Shown here: positions 32,729 through 45,014 of the stretch, piece after piece
How the letters are laid out: each line of letters opens with the position of its first letter
Position numbering within the stretch: the first letter of the stretch is position 1
Origin: an uncultured Gemmatimonadaceae bacterium
Lineage (GTDB): Bacteria > Gemmatimonadota > Gemmatimonadetes > Gemmatimonadales > Gemmatimonadaceae
DNA: 64,000 nt
Reading direction: 5' to 3'
Assembly (NCBI GenBank): GCA_963829055.1
Contig: CAWHHI010000006.1
Location: forward strand, 160,001-224,000
Position numbers and translations under genes: made by a program
Notes under the pieces: model-generated
What the model saw: only the letters and a program-made list of their open reading frames with translations
Databases searched by the model: none
What the model was told of the DNA's origin: nothing

Positions 32729-34503
32729 ATGACGACCGATCGATCGACCGACGTCGGCGCGTTCCTCGACGCCCGCGAGTTTCTGCTCGCACACCGCGAC
32801 CGATACGATCACGCGTACGCGCGATTTCCAGTGGCCGCGGCTCGAGCGCTTCAACTGGGCGCTCGACTACTTCGACGCCATGGCGCGCGGGAATGACCGG
32901 CCAGCGCTCCGGATCGTCCGCGATGATGGCAGCGACCGCTCCTTCTCGTTCGCCGAGCTCTCGCGCCGCAGCAATCAGGTCGCCAACGCGCTCCGCGTCG
33001 CTCGGCGCCCGTCGCGGCGACCGACTGCTGCTCATGCTGCCGAACGTCGTGCAGACGTGGGAGACGATCCTCGCCTGCATGAAGCTCGGCGTCGTCGTGT
33101 ACCGGCGACGCCGCAGCTGACACCCCTGGACCTCGCGGACCGTTTCGAGCGCGGCGCGGTGCGCCACGTCGTGACCGACGGCGACGGCGCGCTCAAGTTC
33201 GCGACGCTGCCCGGCGACTACACGCGGCTCATCGTCGGCGTCGGATCTGCCGGGATGGACGCGATTCGAGACGCGCGCACGAGGTGCCTGACGCGTTCGA
33301 GCCGGACGGCGACACCGACGGCGAGCGATCCGACTGCTTCTCTACTTCACCTCGGGCACGACGGCGAAGCCGAAGCTCGTGCTGCACACGCACGCGAGCT
33401 ATCCGGTCGGGCATCTGTCCACGATGTACTGGATCGGCCTGCGCGAGGGCGACGTGCACTGGAACATCAGCTCGCCGGGTTGGGCCAAGCACGCGTGGAG
33501 CAGCGTCTTCGCGCCGTGGAACGCGGGCGCGACGATCTTCGTCTTCGACTACCAGCGCTTCGACGCGAAGCGCGTGCTCGACACGATCGTGCGCTGCGGC
33601 GTGACGACGCTCTGCGCGCCGCCCACCGTCTGGCGGATGCTGATCGGCGAGAATCTCGGCGACGTATCGCGTGGCGCTGCGCGAGGTCGCGAGCGCCGGC
33701 GAGCCGCTCAACCCCGAGGTCATCGAGCGCGTGCAGCACGCCTGGGGCCTAACGATTCGCGACGGCTACGGCCAGACCGAGACGACGGCGCAGGTCGGCA
33801 ACTCGCCCGGCCAGCCGGTGCACGCCGGGATCGATGGGACGCCCGCTGCCCGGCTACCGCATCGCGCTGCTCGATGCCGACGGCAGAGCCGGCCGACGAG
33901 GGTGAGATCGCGCTGCCGCTCACGGCGCTCGAGAGTGGCGGGCACCGCCGCTCGGTCTCATGGTCGGCTACCTCGACGACGAGTCGCGCAGCGGCGGCGC
34001 GATGTCGGGCGGCTACTACCGACACCGGCGACGTCGCCCAGCGCGACGCGGACGGCTACATCACCTACGTCGGTCGCGCGGACGACGTGTTCAAGAGCTC
34101 CGACTATCGCATCAGTCCGTTCGAGATCGAGAGCGCGCTGATCGAGCATGCGCTCGTGGCCGAGGCGGCGGTGGTGCCGAGCCCGGACGCGATGCGCCTG
34201 TCGGTGCCGAAGGCGTTCTGCGTGCTGCGCGGCGACGCGACACCGATCGCGCGAGGTGGCGCTCGAGATCTTCCGCTTCGTGCGCGAGCGCCTGCCGGCG
34301 TACAAGCGCGTTAGGCGCCTCGAGTTCGCGCGAGCTGCCGAAGACGATCTCCGGAAAGATCCGTCGCGTGGAGCTGCGGGCGCTCGAGCAGCGCCGTCAC
34401 GCGGCGGGCGAGCGAGGCGCAGCTGGAGTTCCGGGAGGAGGATTTCCCGGAGCTGCGCGACGCGAGATCCAGCGTGGCCGCGCAATCTCGGCGAGTGCCT
34501 TAG
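32729..34503 (+). CDS. AMP-binding acyl-CoA synthetase (many frameshifts)
   Basis: FNWALDYFD, YFTSGTTAKPK, SAGEPLNPE, DGYGQTET, GRADDVFK, LPKTISGKIRR. Confidence 0.9.
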
Positions 34504-34526
34504 TCATCCCGAAGTCCGCTGAGCCG

Positions 34527-34810
34527 ACAGGACAACAGCAACCGGCAACGGCAACGACAACGGCAACGACAACGAACAGCAGACAGGATGGCCAGGATTC
34601 GCAGGATTGCAGAGACGTCTCACGGGACGGTCGCGATCCGCTCGCTCGGAATCCTGTCAATCCTGACAATCCTGTCCTCTTTGTCGTTGTTGTCATCGCG
34701 AGCGCGGCCGCTCGTGGCTGAGCGGACGGATGGAGGCTCAATTCGGAAGGTCGTACGTAGTCGCTGGTCCATCCTGCAAATCCTGGCCATCCTGTCTGCT
34801 GCTGTTGGTC
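34527..34810. repeat. 9-mer-armed hairpin family D (core 34583-34676) plus extra half site
   Basis: CAGGAT-periodic left arm, ATCCTG-periodic right arm; homologous to 42288-42379; flanking RCAACG hexamers. Confidence 0.8.
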
Positions 34811-34925
34811 GTTTCGACGAACCGAGATCTCTGAATCGGAGAATCCGAAGCAATTCGCACAATCCTGTCCGTAGGTCCCGGGATACCGTAAGTCCGCCCA
34901 CCACGCTCGGGTTCGGGAGAGGTGT

Positions 34926-37399
34926 ATGAACTTCGACCTTCGTTACGCGCTGCGACGACTCATCCGTGCCCGCGGCTTCACGCTGGCCGCGTCGCTCACC
35001 ATCGCGCTCGGCGTCGGCGCCAACACGGCGATCTTCAGCCTCGTCAACGCGCTTCTGCTCCGGCCGCCGGTGGCCGTGACCGAGCCCGAGCGCCTCGTCG
35101 GCGCTGTTCACGAGCGACTACAGCGGGCCGCCATTCGGGGCGTCCTCGTTCGCCGACATCGACGGACTTCGACAACGCAGGCGACGGACGTCTTCACCGG
35201 CGTCATGGGGTTCTCGCCCGCGGCCAGCCGCCGTCGGGTCCGACGACAACCTCGAGCGTGTCGCGGCCGAGAGTCGTCACCGACAACTATTTCCAGGTGC
35301 TCGGCACGACGCCCGTCGCGCGGGCGCGGCTTCGGGCCCGAGCAGCGCGTGCAGGGCGGCGAGCCGGTCGCGGTGATCTCGTACTCGCTCTGGCAGCGAC
35401 GCTTCGGCGGCGATCCGGCAATCGTCGGCAAGCCGCTTCGCATGAACGCGCGCGAGTTCACCATCATCGGCGTGGCACCGGCCGGGTTTTCGGGATCGCT
35501 CCGCGGACTCGTCGTGGACGTCTGGGTGCCGGCTTCGATCGGCGCCTACGTCGGCATGGGCGCCGACGCCTTCACCTCACGCGGCGATCGCGGCGCATTC
35601 GTGTACGCTCGGCTCAAGCCCGGCGTCACGATCGAACAGGCGCAGGCGCGCATGAGCGTCGTCGCGCGTCAGCTCACCGCCGCGTATCCGGGCAACTGGA
35701 CGGACGTCACGCAAGAAGGGCCGGCGCATCACGCTGCTCCCCGAGCGCGAGACGCGCATCCCGCCGCAGGTACGCGGGCCGGCGCTCGGCTTCGTCGCGC
35801 TGCTCATGGGGACTGTCGGTCTCGTGCTGCTCGTGTGCTGCGCGAATGTCGCTGGTCTGCTGCTCGCGCGCGCCGCCGAGCCGGCTCAAGGAAGTCGGCA
35901 TCCGCATCTCGCTCGGCGCCAGCCGCGGGCGGATCATCCGGCAGATGCTGACCGAGAGCGTGTTGCTCGCCGCGTTAGGCGGCGTGGTTGGGATTGGCGG
36001 CCGCCGTCTGGGCCGGTCGGGCGCTCATGGCGGTCGGCACGCCGTCGCAGGTTCCGGTGCCGATCGCGCTCAATCTGCACGCCGGATCTACCGCGTGCTC
36101 GCGTTCACGCTCGCGATCACGCTCGATCACGGGCGTCGTGTTCGGGCTCGCGCCGGCGTTGCGCGCGAGTCGAGCCGACGTCGTGACGCGCGCTCAAGAC
36201 CGACACGCCAGCGCATGCGAGTCGGCGGTCGCCGCTTCTCGCTGCAGGGCGCACTCGTCGTCGGTCAGGTCTCGCTGTCGATGCTGCTGCTGGTCGGCGC
36301 GCTGCTGTTCCTGCGCACGCTCGCGCGGCCGCGACGATCGATCCGGGATTCCGGGTCGACAACATGCTGCTGCTCGACATCTCGCCGCGCCCGGGTGAGG
36401 AGGGACGAGTGGATCCCATGCAGATCGCGCTGGCCGTGCGCGATCGCGTCGCGGCGATCCCGGGCGTCACGAACGTGAGCTGGGCGAGCGACGTCCCGCT
36501 CGGACTCGACGGAGGACGACGCGGCCTGCGCGTGCAGGGGTATCGGCCGCGCGACGGCGAGGACATGGAGTTCCACTACACGATGGTCGGCCCACGGTAC
36601 TTCGAGACGATGCAGGTGCCGCTCGTGCGCGGTCGCGGGTTCACGGACGCCGATCGACCCGGTGCGCCACTCGTGGTCGTCGTGAACGAGTCGTTCGCGA
36701 AGAAGTTCTGGGGCAATGCGGACCCGATCGGCAAACGCCTCAGCATCAGCGGCGAGAGCGGCCCATGGCTGGAGGTCGTCGGCTCGCCCGCGACGGCAAG
36801 TACGTCTCGATCGCGGAATCGCCCACGCCGTACGTGTACTACCCGCAGCTGCAGAACCCCGACGCGTCACGCTGCACGTGCGCACGACGGGTGACCCGAA
36901 GCGCTTGCTGACCGCGGTGCGTCGCGAGGTGGCGACGGTGGCGCCGACCTGGATGATCGAGCGTCCGCGCACGCTCGACGAGCACATCGGCGCGTCGCTG
37001 CTGCCGCAGCGCATCGCGGCGGGCATCCTCGGCGTCGTTCGGCGTGGTCGCGCTGCTGCTCGCGGCGGTGGGACTCTATGGCGTGGTGGCGTTCGCGGTC
37101 GCGCAGCGCACGCGCGAGATCGGCATCCGCGTCGCGCTCGGTGCGCAGAGCAGCGAGGTGCTGCGACTCATGCTGCGTCAGGGGATGACGCTGGCGGGTA
37201 TTGGGCTGCTGGTCGGATTGCCGCTGGCGATCGGAGCGGGGAAGCTGGTGTCGGGGTTCCTGCTCGGGGCGGGTGCGGCGGATCCGCTCGTGTTCATAGT
37301 TGCGGCGGTGACGCTCGGGCTCGTGACGCTCGTGGCGAGCTACGTCCCTGCTCGGCGGGCATCACGGGTCGACCCCATGCGGCGCTGCGCTCCCAGTAG
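34926..37399 (+). CDS. ADOP-type duplicated permease 4, no N-terminal prefix (many frameshifts)
   Basis: [54 protein letters not shown]. Confidence 0.88.
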
Positions 37400-37547
37400 C
37401 GCGTATTCGGCATCGCTAGTGGTCAGCACAGCGGCAGCGCATCCGATCGCAATGCCATCCGGACGCTCGTGGCTGCGAGCTGAACCGCTACTGGTCCAAC
37501 CATTCGCGATCAACTACTGTCCAAATGCATATAGTCACTAGGCCAGT

Positions 37548-37924
37548 ATGCCAAAGACACCACCGTTCCTGCCGCCGGAGTCGTTCCTTCCGGTAAAGCC
37601 CGTCGAGTTCCTGATCCTGATGACCGTCGCCACCGGCGAACGGCACGGGTACGGGATCATGCTCGACATCGCCGAGCGAACCGGCGGCGCCGTACGGCTC
37701 GAGGCCGGTGGGCTTTATCGCAGCATCCGCCGACTGCTCGGCGACAAGCTCCTCACCGAATCCGCCCAGGCGTCCCGCGGCCGATCTCGATGACGAGCGC
37801 CGCCGCTACTACGCGCTCACGCCGCTCGGCAAGCGCGTGCTGGCGGCCGAGGTGCTGAGGCTTCGCGCGCTGGTGCGGGCGGCGGAGGCGAGTCAGGATC
37901 ATCGACCCGGAGCCCGCGCGATGA
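37548..37924 (+). CDS. PadR-family regulator (second subtype; frameshifts)
   Basis: LPVKPVEFLILM..ERHGYGI, GGLYR, DDERRRYY. Confidence 0.88.
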
Positions 37925-40684
37925 TCGCGGCGCCAGATCCGCGATCGATGGCGGACCGCTGCTATCGCGCGCTCCTTCGGCTGTACCCGCGGGATTTCCG
38001 CGAGCGGTTCGGGCCGACATGGTGGACTTCTTCCGCGACCGTCGGCCGCCGCGCGGCGAGCAGGCGGCACGTTAGGCGTCGCGTGGGCGTGGGTCGTCGC
38101 CATCGCCGACGTCCTGCGCATCGCGACGCTCGAGCGCGCTCGACGACATCGCCCGCCGGTTCGGGCGCGCGCGCGACGCACGGACCACACCACGCAGGCG
38201 GCACGCATCACACTCGACTCGAGGAACGAGGACATGTTCGCGACGCTCATGGGCGACATCCGGTACGCACTGCGCGGCATGATGACGAAGCGCGCCTTCT
38301 CCGCGATCGTGCTCGCGACGCTGGCGTTAGGTATCGGCGCGAACGTCGCGATCTTCAGTGTGGTGAACGGCGTGCTGCTTCGCCCGCTGCCGTATCCTGA
38401 CGCCGATCGCGTGGTGCAGGTGGCGCACCAGGAGCCGTACACCGCGTGTCCGAGCCGGAGTTCGTCGACTATCGCAACGGCACGAAGCGGTTCGAACGGC
38501 TCGCCGCGTTCACGATGGATGCGGCGACGCTGACGGGCGACCGCGATCCCGAGCGCGTCGAAGTCGCGAAGGTCTCGGACGGTTTCTTCTCCATCCTGAA
38601 GGTTCCAGCCGCGTTAGGCCGGACGTTCGTTCCTGAGGAGGATCTGCGGCACGGCTATCCCGCGTCTGGCCACGGTGCTGAGCCATGGACTCTGGACGCG
38701 GCGGTTCGGCGGGGACTCATCCATCGTCGGCAAGGAGATCCGTGTCAACGACGTCAGCGTCACCGTCGTCGGCGTGATGCCGGAGCGGTTCGATTTCCCG
38801 TCGACCGAAACGGCAATGTGGACGCCGCTGCGTCTCAACTACGACACGCTCTGGACGCGGAACAATCACTACCTGCAACTCATCGGGCGACTCGCGCCCG
38901 GATCGTCGCCGGCGGCGCTGCGGAACGACCTCAATACGATGACGAAGCAGTTCGTGGTCGACTATCCGACGATCTACTCGCGCACGACCCCGCCCGTGGC
39001 CACGGTGACGCCGCTGCCCGATCAGCTACTCGGCAAGACGCGCGCGTATCTGCTGGCGCTGCTGGGCGCGGTCGGGTTCGTGCTGCTCATCGCCTGCGTG
39101 AACGTCGCGAACCTGCTGCTGGCGCGCGGCGAGGCGCGACGGAAGGAGCTCGCCATTCGCACGGCGTTAGGCGCATCGCGAAGCCGGCTCGCGCGGCAGG
39201 TGATGACCGAGAGCGTGCTGTACGCGGTCGTCGGTGGCGTACTCGGCGTGCTGCTCGCGTGGTGGGGTCAGCACGCGCTTCGTGCCCTGGGACCGGCGTC
39301 GATCCCCCGCCTCTCGGAAGTCGGCATCGACGGCGGCGTCCTCGCGTTCGCGCTCCTCGTGACGACGGTGACGGGCGTGCTGTTCGGCGTGATCCCGGCG
39401 GTGCGTGGCTCGCGCGGCGACACCATCCGGACGCTGCGGGAAGGTGGGAAGACATCGTCGCAGTCGGGAATCGGGCGGGCGCGGGGCGTGCTCGTCGTGT
39501 CGGAGGTGGCGCTCGCCGTCGTGCTGCTCACGGGCGCCGGTCTCATGGTGCGGAGTCTCTGGAAGCTTCAGGCCATCGACCTCGGCATCAAACCCGAGAA
39601 CGTGCTGACGATGCGCGTGTCGTTCCCGACGCCACCGGCCGCGCTCAACGAACCCTCGGGACAGGACCGCCAGATCGCGCAATTCTATCGTGAGCTCGGC
39701 GAGCGCGTGCAGGCGCTGCCGGGCGTCAGATCTGCGGGCGCGGTGGGTTACCTCCCGATCGGCGGTGCCTTCAGCATCTGGTCGATCCTGATCGATGGGT
39801 CACCGCAGGTGCCGGTGAGTCAGGCGCCGTCGGCGATGCCGCAGCAGGTGACGCCGGGGTATTTCCGAACGATGGGAATTCCGGTCGTGCGCGGACGCGA
39901 GTTCACGATCGCTGATGGCAACGACGCGCCGCTCGTCGCGCTCGTGAACGAGACGGCGGCGAAGAAGCTCTGGCCGGGCAAGAGCCCGATCGGCGGTACG
40001 CTCAAGATGCTGGGCGAGACGGCGCCGTGGGCGACCGTCGTCGGCGTCGTGAAGGACGTACGCTCGGCCGGCTATCAGGCTGACGTTCCGCCGACGATGT
40101 ACTTCCCGCACGCACAGGCGGGCAAGAGTGCGTACTACACGCCGTCGGCGATGAATCTCGTGATCAAGGCGAGCGGGGATCCGCGGACGCTCGCGGGTCC
40201 GGTGCGCGCGATCGTCAAGCAGCTGAGCCCGACGACTCCGGTGTCGGAGGTGCGGACGATGGAGGACGTGGTGGCGGCGTCCGTCGCGAGCCGACGATTC
40301 AGCACGGAGCTGCTCGCGGGCTTCGCGGCGCTCGCGCTGGTGCTCGCGGGAATCGGCATCTACGGCGTGATCGCGTACGACGTCTCGCAGCGCACGTACG
40401 AGATCGGGCTGCGGATGGCGTTAGGCGCGCAGAGCGGGCAGGTGGCCGGCATGATGCTCGGCCGCGGCGTGCGGATGGTCGCGCTGGGCCTCGTGCTCGG
40501 CGTCGCGGGCTCGCTGGCGGTGACGGGCGTCCTCCAGTCGGTGCTCGTCGACGTGAGCCGTCTCGATCCACTGACGATCGTCGGGGTGGTCACGGTGCTG
40601 GCGATCGTGGCGTCGTGCGCGGCGTATCTGCCGGCTCGTCGAGCCAGCGCCGTGGATCCGATGATCGCCTTGCGCCGAGACTGA
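37921..40684 (+). CDS. ADOP-type duplicated permease 5 (frameshifts in 5' part)
   Basis: Prefix [55 protein letters not shown]. Confidence 0.9.
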
Positions 40685-40685
40685 A

Positions 40686-40832
40686 TGTCATTCCGAGCGA
40701 GCCGCGACGAGGGAGTCGAGGAATCGCATTGCTCAGGTAGCCAGCCTTCTGACGCTCGAGAGGTCTCGCATGACCTCGACTCAGCTTCGCTGACGCTCGG
40801 GATGACACCGCTTGCGGCTCGCTCGGAATGAC
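40686..40832. repeat. REP-like A1 with duplicated right end
   Basis: TGTCATTCCGAGCG...GCTCGGGATGACA...GCTCGGAATGAC between convergent genes. Confidence 0.85.
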
Positions 40833-40837
40833 GAACG

Positions 40838-41551
40838 TCAGGCGTTCGACGGCCTGACGCGATACGGGCCGCTGACCATGATTTCGACGCGACGATTCAT
40901 GCGCCAGGCTTGCGCGAGCGCGGCGCTGATGACGAGCAGCGTCACAACGTGGCCGAGGCCCTCGAGTACCGGCGCGGCCATCGCGAGCAGGAGGAGCGCG
41001 CCGAGGTCGATCGCCGACGCGCCTAACGACGGAGTCGGCGCGGTGTACGGGGTGACGGGAGTGCCGACGGCCAGAAACGTCTCACCACCAATTGCCGGCG
41101 CCGCAATGTCGGCCGTCGATATCGCTGACGTGCGACTGAATCCCTTCAGGACGAACGGGACGTACGTGCTGACGATCGTGAGATACGTCAGCGCGACGGC
41201 GAGCCACTGGTAGCGACGTCCACCGCGTCCGCGTGCGCCGACGCGCACCGCCTTGCCGACCATGAAGCCGACGAGCAGCGTGACGAAGATCACCTCGCGT
41301 CCAGTCGCCGCGAGCACGCCGAAATAGATCGCCGCGCCAGCGACAGCCGCCGCGATCCCGAAGCCGAGTGCGCGTGAGAAGCGGTCGTGGCCGGCACGAT
41401 CGGTGGCCGGTGCCGCCATCCGCGCGTGACACGCGGCACAGATGACGCCTTCGTCCGCCTCGTAGTACGTGTCCACGATCGGTCCTCGGCACTCCGCACA
41501 TGGCGCCGTCCCGACGGGCGTGATGGCTTCCACGACGTCGAACGTCGGCAC
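40838..41551 (-). CDS. Hypothetical membrane protein with N-terminal CxxC..CxxC zinc finger
   Basis: CAEC..CAAC then several TM helices, GGRRYQWLAVALTY. Confidence 0.7.
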   Translation of the reverse strand: MPTFDVVEAITPVGTAPCAECRGPIVDTYYEADEGVICAACHARMAAPATDRAGHDRFSRALGFGIAAAVAGAAIYFGVLAATGREVIFVTLLVGFMVGKAVRVGARGRGGRRYQWLAVALTYLTIVSTYVPFVLKGFSRTSAISTADIAAPAIGGETFLAVGTPVTPYTAPTPSLGASAIDLGALLLLAMAAPVLEGLGHVVTLLVISAALAQAWRMNRRVEIMVSGPYRVRPSNA

Positions 41552-41704
41552 GTCGCTCGCGAGTCGTGTGGTTGGAAGCACGGAAGGAGGAAGGCGGAAG
41601 GAGGAGGGCGGATGGCGGAAACGGACTACTCTCTGAGCGTCGCTGGCGTACGAGGTAGACGACCAGCGACGTGGCGGCGACACGCCCTGCCAGGCGCGCA
41701 TGCC

Positions 41705-41744
41705 TTGACCTTCGACAATAGTGCTGCGTACTCTGATGTCGAAG
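41705..41744 (+). promoter_or_regulatory. Putative promoter/operator of the orphan padR
   Basis: TTGACC-N18-TACTCT overlapped by IR CTTCGACA (41710) / TGTCGAAG (41737). Confidence 0.55.
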
Positions 41745-41797
41745 CGCGAGGTATCGCGCCTCCGTCTCCTCCGGCCTCCTTCCTCACTTCCGCGACA

Positions 41798-42127
41798 GTG
41801 TCCGACCGCGCCGATCTCCTTCAGGGAACGCTCGACCTGCTGATTCTCAAGAGCCTCCTCATCGCGCCGCTGCACGGGTGGGGCATCTCCAAGCGGATCC
41901 GCGAGCTCTCACGTGACGTGCTCCAGGTGAACCAGGGATCGCTCTATCCGGCACTGTACCGCCTCGAGGATCGCGGCTGGGTGGTGTCGGAATGGGGCAC
42001 GTCACCCGAAGGCCGCCGCGCGAAGTTCTACAAGCTCACGGCCGTCGGGCGAAAGCAGCTCGCGACCGAGCAGGACAGCTGGCGTCGCTTCGCGCTCGCG
42101 ATCGAGCACGTGCTGCAGGGTGCCTAA
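41798..42127 (+). CDS. PadR-family regulator (Acidobacterial subtype), no downstream permease
   Basis: DLLQGTLDLLILK, HGWGI, QGSLYPAL, RRAKFY. Confidence 0.93.
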   Translation: MSDRADLLQGTLDLLILKSLLIAPLHGWGISKRIRELSRDVLQVNQGSLYPALYRLEDRGWVVSEWGTSPEGRRAKFYKLTAVGRKQLATEQDSWRRFALAIEHVLQGA

Positions 42128-42130
42128 CGA

Positions 42131-42560
42131 GGCCTTAGGAAGGAGGAGGGCGGAAGGACGGAGGCTGAGGGCGGAGGTAGAGCGGTGTCATCCCGAGCGC
42201 CAGCGAGGGATCTTCTCGAACGGGATCGTAGCCGATCCGGCTACGTCTACTGAGCGACAGGCAGACAGCGAACGGCAACAGCAAGAGACAGGATTGCCAG
42301 GATTTGCAGGATTGGAGAGACGTCGCAGGGACAGTCCCTACCCGCCTGCCCGGAATCCTGTCAATCCTGCAATCCTGTCTGCTGTTCGTCGTTGTCCCGG
42401 GGAGCGGCAGCGACCAGGGACCTACGTGAACTACTCGTGGCCGGTCAGGCTACAATGCCATTCGAGAAGATCCCTCGCTGCGCTCGGGATGACACGCCCT
42501 TTCTCCCGCCCTCCGCTCGTCCGAAGGCCTCCTTCCTCAGGCCTCCTTCCTACGGCCTCT
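42131..42560. repeat. Triple-nested palindrome (7-mer arms / REP A2 / family D)
   Basis: A2 ends at 42186 and 42494; D core 42288-42379; outer GGAAGGAGG/CCTCCTTCC arms. Confidence 0.88.
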
Positions 42561-42581
42561 GACTGCGGCCGTCGGCCGCAG

Positions 42582-43086
42582 TCAGTGTCCCGTCCTCTCC
42601 ACCGTCGCGCCGGTGAAATTCTCCGTGCCGACGTCCTTGCCCGCTGAGAGCGAGCGCACGTAGGTCACGAGCGACCAGATCTGCTCGTTCGAGATGCGGC
42701 CGCCCCACGCCGGCATGCCGTCCGGGCGGCCCTGGTAGATCGACTCGAACACCTCCGCCGAACCGCCGCCGAAGTGCCAGCGATTGTCCGCCAGGCTCGG
42801 GCCCATCGCGCCGGAGCCGTCCGCGCCGTGACAGTCGATGCAGTTGTACGACACGTACAGCTGCGAGCCGATCTTCTTCGCGTTCGCGTTGCCCTCGAGT
42901 GGGTTCACGAGCGCGAGCGGACGATCGTGCGACGGGAATCCGGGCGGTATGTGCTCCGGGTGCGCCACGAATCGGATCGAGTCGCTCGCTTGCGCGTTAG
43001 GCGCGGGCGTCCCCTGACGCGGCCGCGCTGCAGCCGCCCGCCGCGAGCACGAACGTGGCACCGACCAATATCTGCAATGAGCGCAT
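42582..43086 (-). CDS. Monohaem cytochrome c, XoxG/MxaG-like partner (frameshift ~43035)
   Basis: [25 protein letters not shown]; directly downstream of the PQQ dehydrogenase. Confidence 0.85.
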
Positions 43087-43099
43087 GTGCGTTTATCCT

Positions 43100-43136
43100 C
43101 GATTCCCGATTCCCGATTCCCGATTCCCGATTCCCG
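43100..43136. repeat. (GATTCCC)n heptamer run
   Basis: 5 tandem units between the dehydrogenase and cytochrome genes. Confidence 0.9.
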
Positions 43137-43141
43137 CTGTC

Positions 43142-45014
43142 CTACAACGAGAACACGAACAGCATCCCCCCCCAGCTCGTCCATCTCCCCAGATCCGGCA
43201 GCGTCGAGCCACGCTCCCTCACGTCGTACGGCAGATTCGCGGCCACGTCGCCGGCTATCAGCAGGCCCATGTCGCCGCCGATGCCCGGAGTACACCGCGA
43301 CGTACTGTTTGCCATCGGGGCCCAGGTACGTCATCGGATTACCAACGACGCCCGAGCCGACCTTGAACTTCCAGAGCTCCTTGCCCGAGCTCGCGTCCAC
43401 CGCCTTGAACCAGCCGTCGAGCGTGCCGTAGAACACGACGCCGCCCGCCGTCGCGAGCGCGCCGCCCCAGACCGGGAACGGCTCCTGGATGCCCCAGACT
43501 TTCTTGCCGGTCGTCGCGTCCCACGCGATGAACTCGCCGCCGTGGCCGCCCGGCTCCCTTCTTCTCAGGCGCGTTCGCGCCGATGTACGGCGTGCCCGGG
43601 ATGTAGCTCACTGGGCGCACCTCGAAGTCCATGCAGAGGTTGTTCGTCGGCACGTAGAACAGCCCGGTCTGCGGCGAGAATGCGGCGGGCTGCTGATTCT
43701 TGCCGCCCTCGAGACTCGGGCAGATGTCTTTCACCAGCTTTCCTTCGGCGGTCATCTTCTCGGGGACGACCGTGGGGCGTCCCGTCTTCATGTCGACGCC
43801 CGTGGACCAGTTCATCGGCACGAACGGTTGCGCGACGAGGACTTCGCCGGTCGCGCGATCGAGCGTGTAGCCGTAGCCGTTGCGGTCGAAGTGGACGAGC
43901 GCCTTGCGCGTCGTGCCGCCTAACGGGAGATCGACGAGGATGTTCTCGTTCACGGCGTCGTAGTCCCACATGTCGTGCGGCGTCACCTGGAACGCCCAGC
44001 GCAACTCTCCCGTGTCGGCGTCGCGCGCGAGGATGGCGCACGACCACTTGTTGTCGCCCTTGCGCATGCCCTCGTTCCACGGCCCCGGGTTGCTCGTGCC
44101 GTAGTAGACGAGGTTGAGCTCCGGGTCGTACGACAGCCAGCCCCACACCGCGCCGCCACCCTGTCTTCCACGTTTCTCCCGGCCAACTCGTTAGGCCGAG
44201 GTTGGTGCCGTTGTCCTGGGGGTAGAAGGCCTTGAAGCGCGGGCCGACCTTCACGTCCTTGTCGCTGCCCGTGCTGTAGCCGCGCCAGAGCTCCTTGCCG
44301 CGTCTTCGTGTCGATCGCGGCGATCCAGCCTCGCACGCCCATCTCGCCGCCGCTCGAGCCGACGATGACTTTTCCCTTCACGACGATCGGCGCCATCGTG
44401 ATCGTCTCGCCGCGATCGACGTCGGCCATCTTCGTGCGCCAGAGCTGTTTGCCCGTGGCGGCGTCGACCGCGACCGTGTGGCCGTCGAGCAGGTTGTAGA
44501 AGATCTTGCCGTCGGCGAACGCGGCGCCGCGATTGACGACGTCGCAGCACGCCTGGCCCGCGGCCGTCTGTGCGTTCTCCGGGCGGAACTTCCACTTGAG
44601 CGGCTGGCCCGGCTGCGTCAGGTCGATCGCGTACGACACGTTAGGGTAGGGCGTCACGAGGTACATCGTGTTGTTCACGACGAGCGGCTGGCCCTCGTGT
44701 CCGCGGAGCACGCCGGTCGAGAACGTCCACGACGCGTGGATGTTGGCCGCGTTGCCAGGCGTGATCTGCGCGAGATCGCTGAATCGCGAGCTCGCGTAGT
44801 CGCCGGCGGGCATCTGCCATTCGCCGGGCGGGGTCGAGCGTGGTACACCGATGCGTGTGCCCGCGACTGATGATGCAGCGCCGGTGGCCCTGGCCGTGCC
44901 GGCCCCTTGTGCCGCACCGCTGTCCGTTCGCGCGGTCTGGTCGCCGCGGGCGCAGGCAACCGAGCATGCCAGCGCGATAATCGTTAGGCGGAGGCTCTTC
45001 GCGTCGCGTCTCAT
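43142..45014 (-). CDS. PQQ-dependent methanol/ethanol-family dehydrogenase, XoxF-like, probably lanthanide-dependent (frameshifts)
   Basis: [57 protein letters not shown]. Confidence 0.9.

Noticed and set aside
12800..44300. Mass pseudogenisation or programmed frameshifting
   Set aside because: Indels are single-base, patchy and affect unrelated genes without an evident build-up of nonsense substitutions or slippery motifs; long-read consensus error is the simpler explanation
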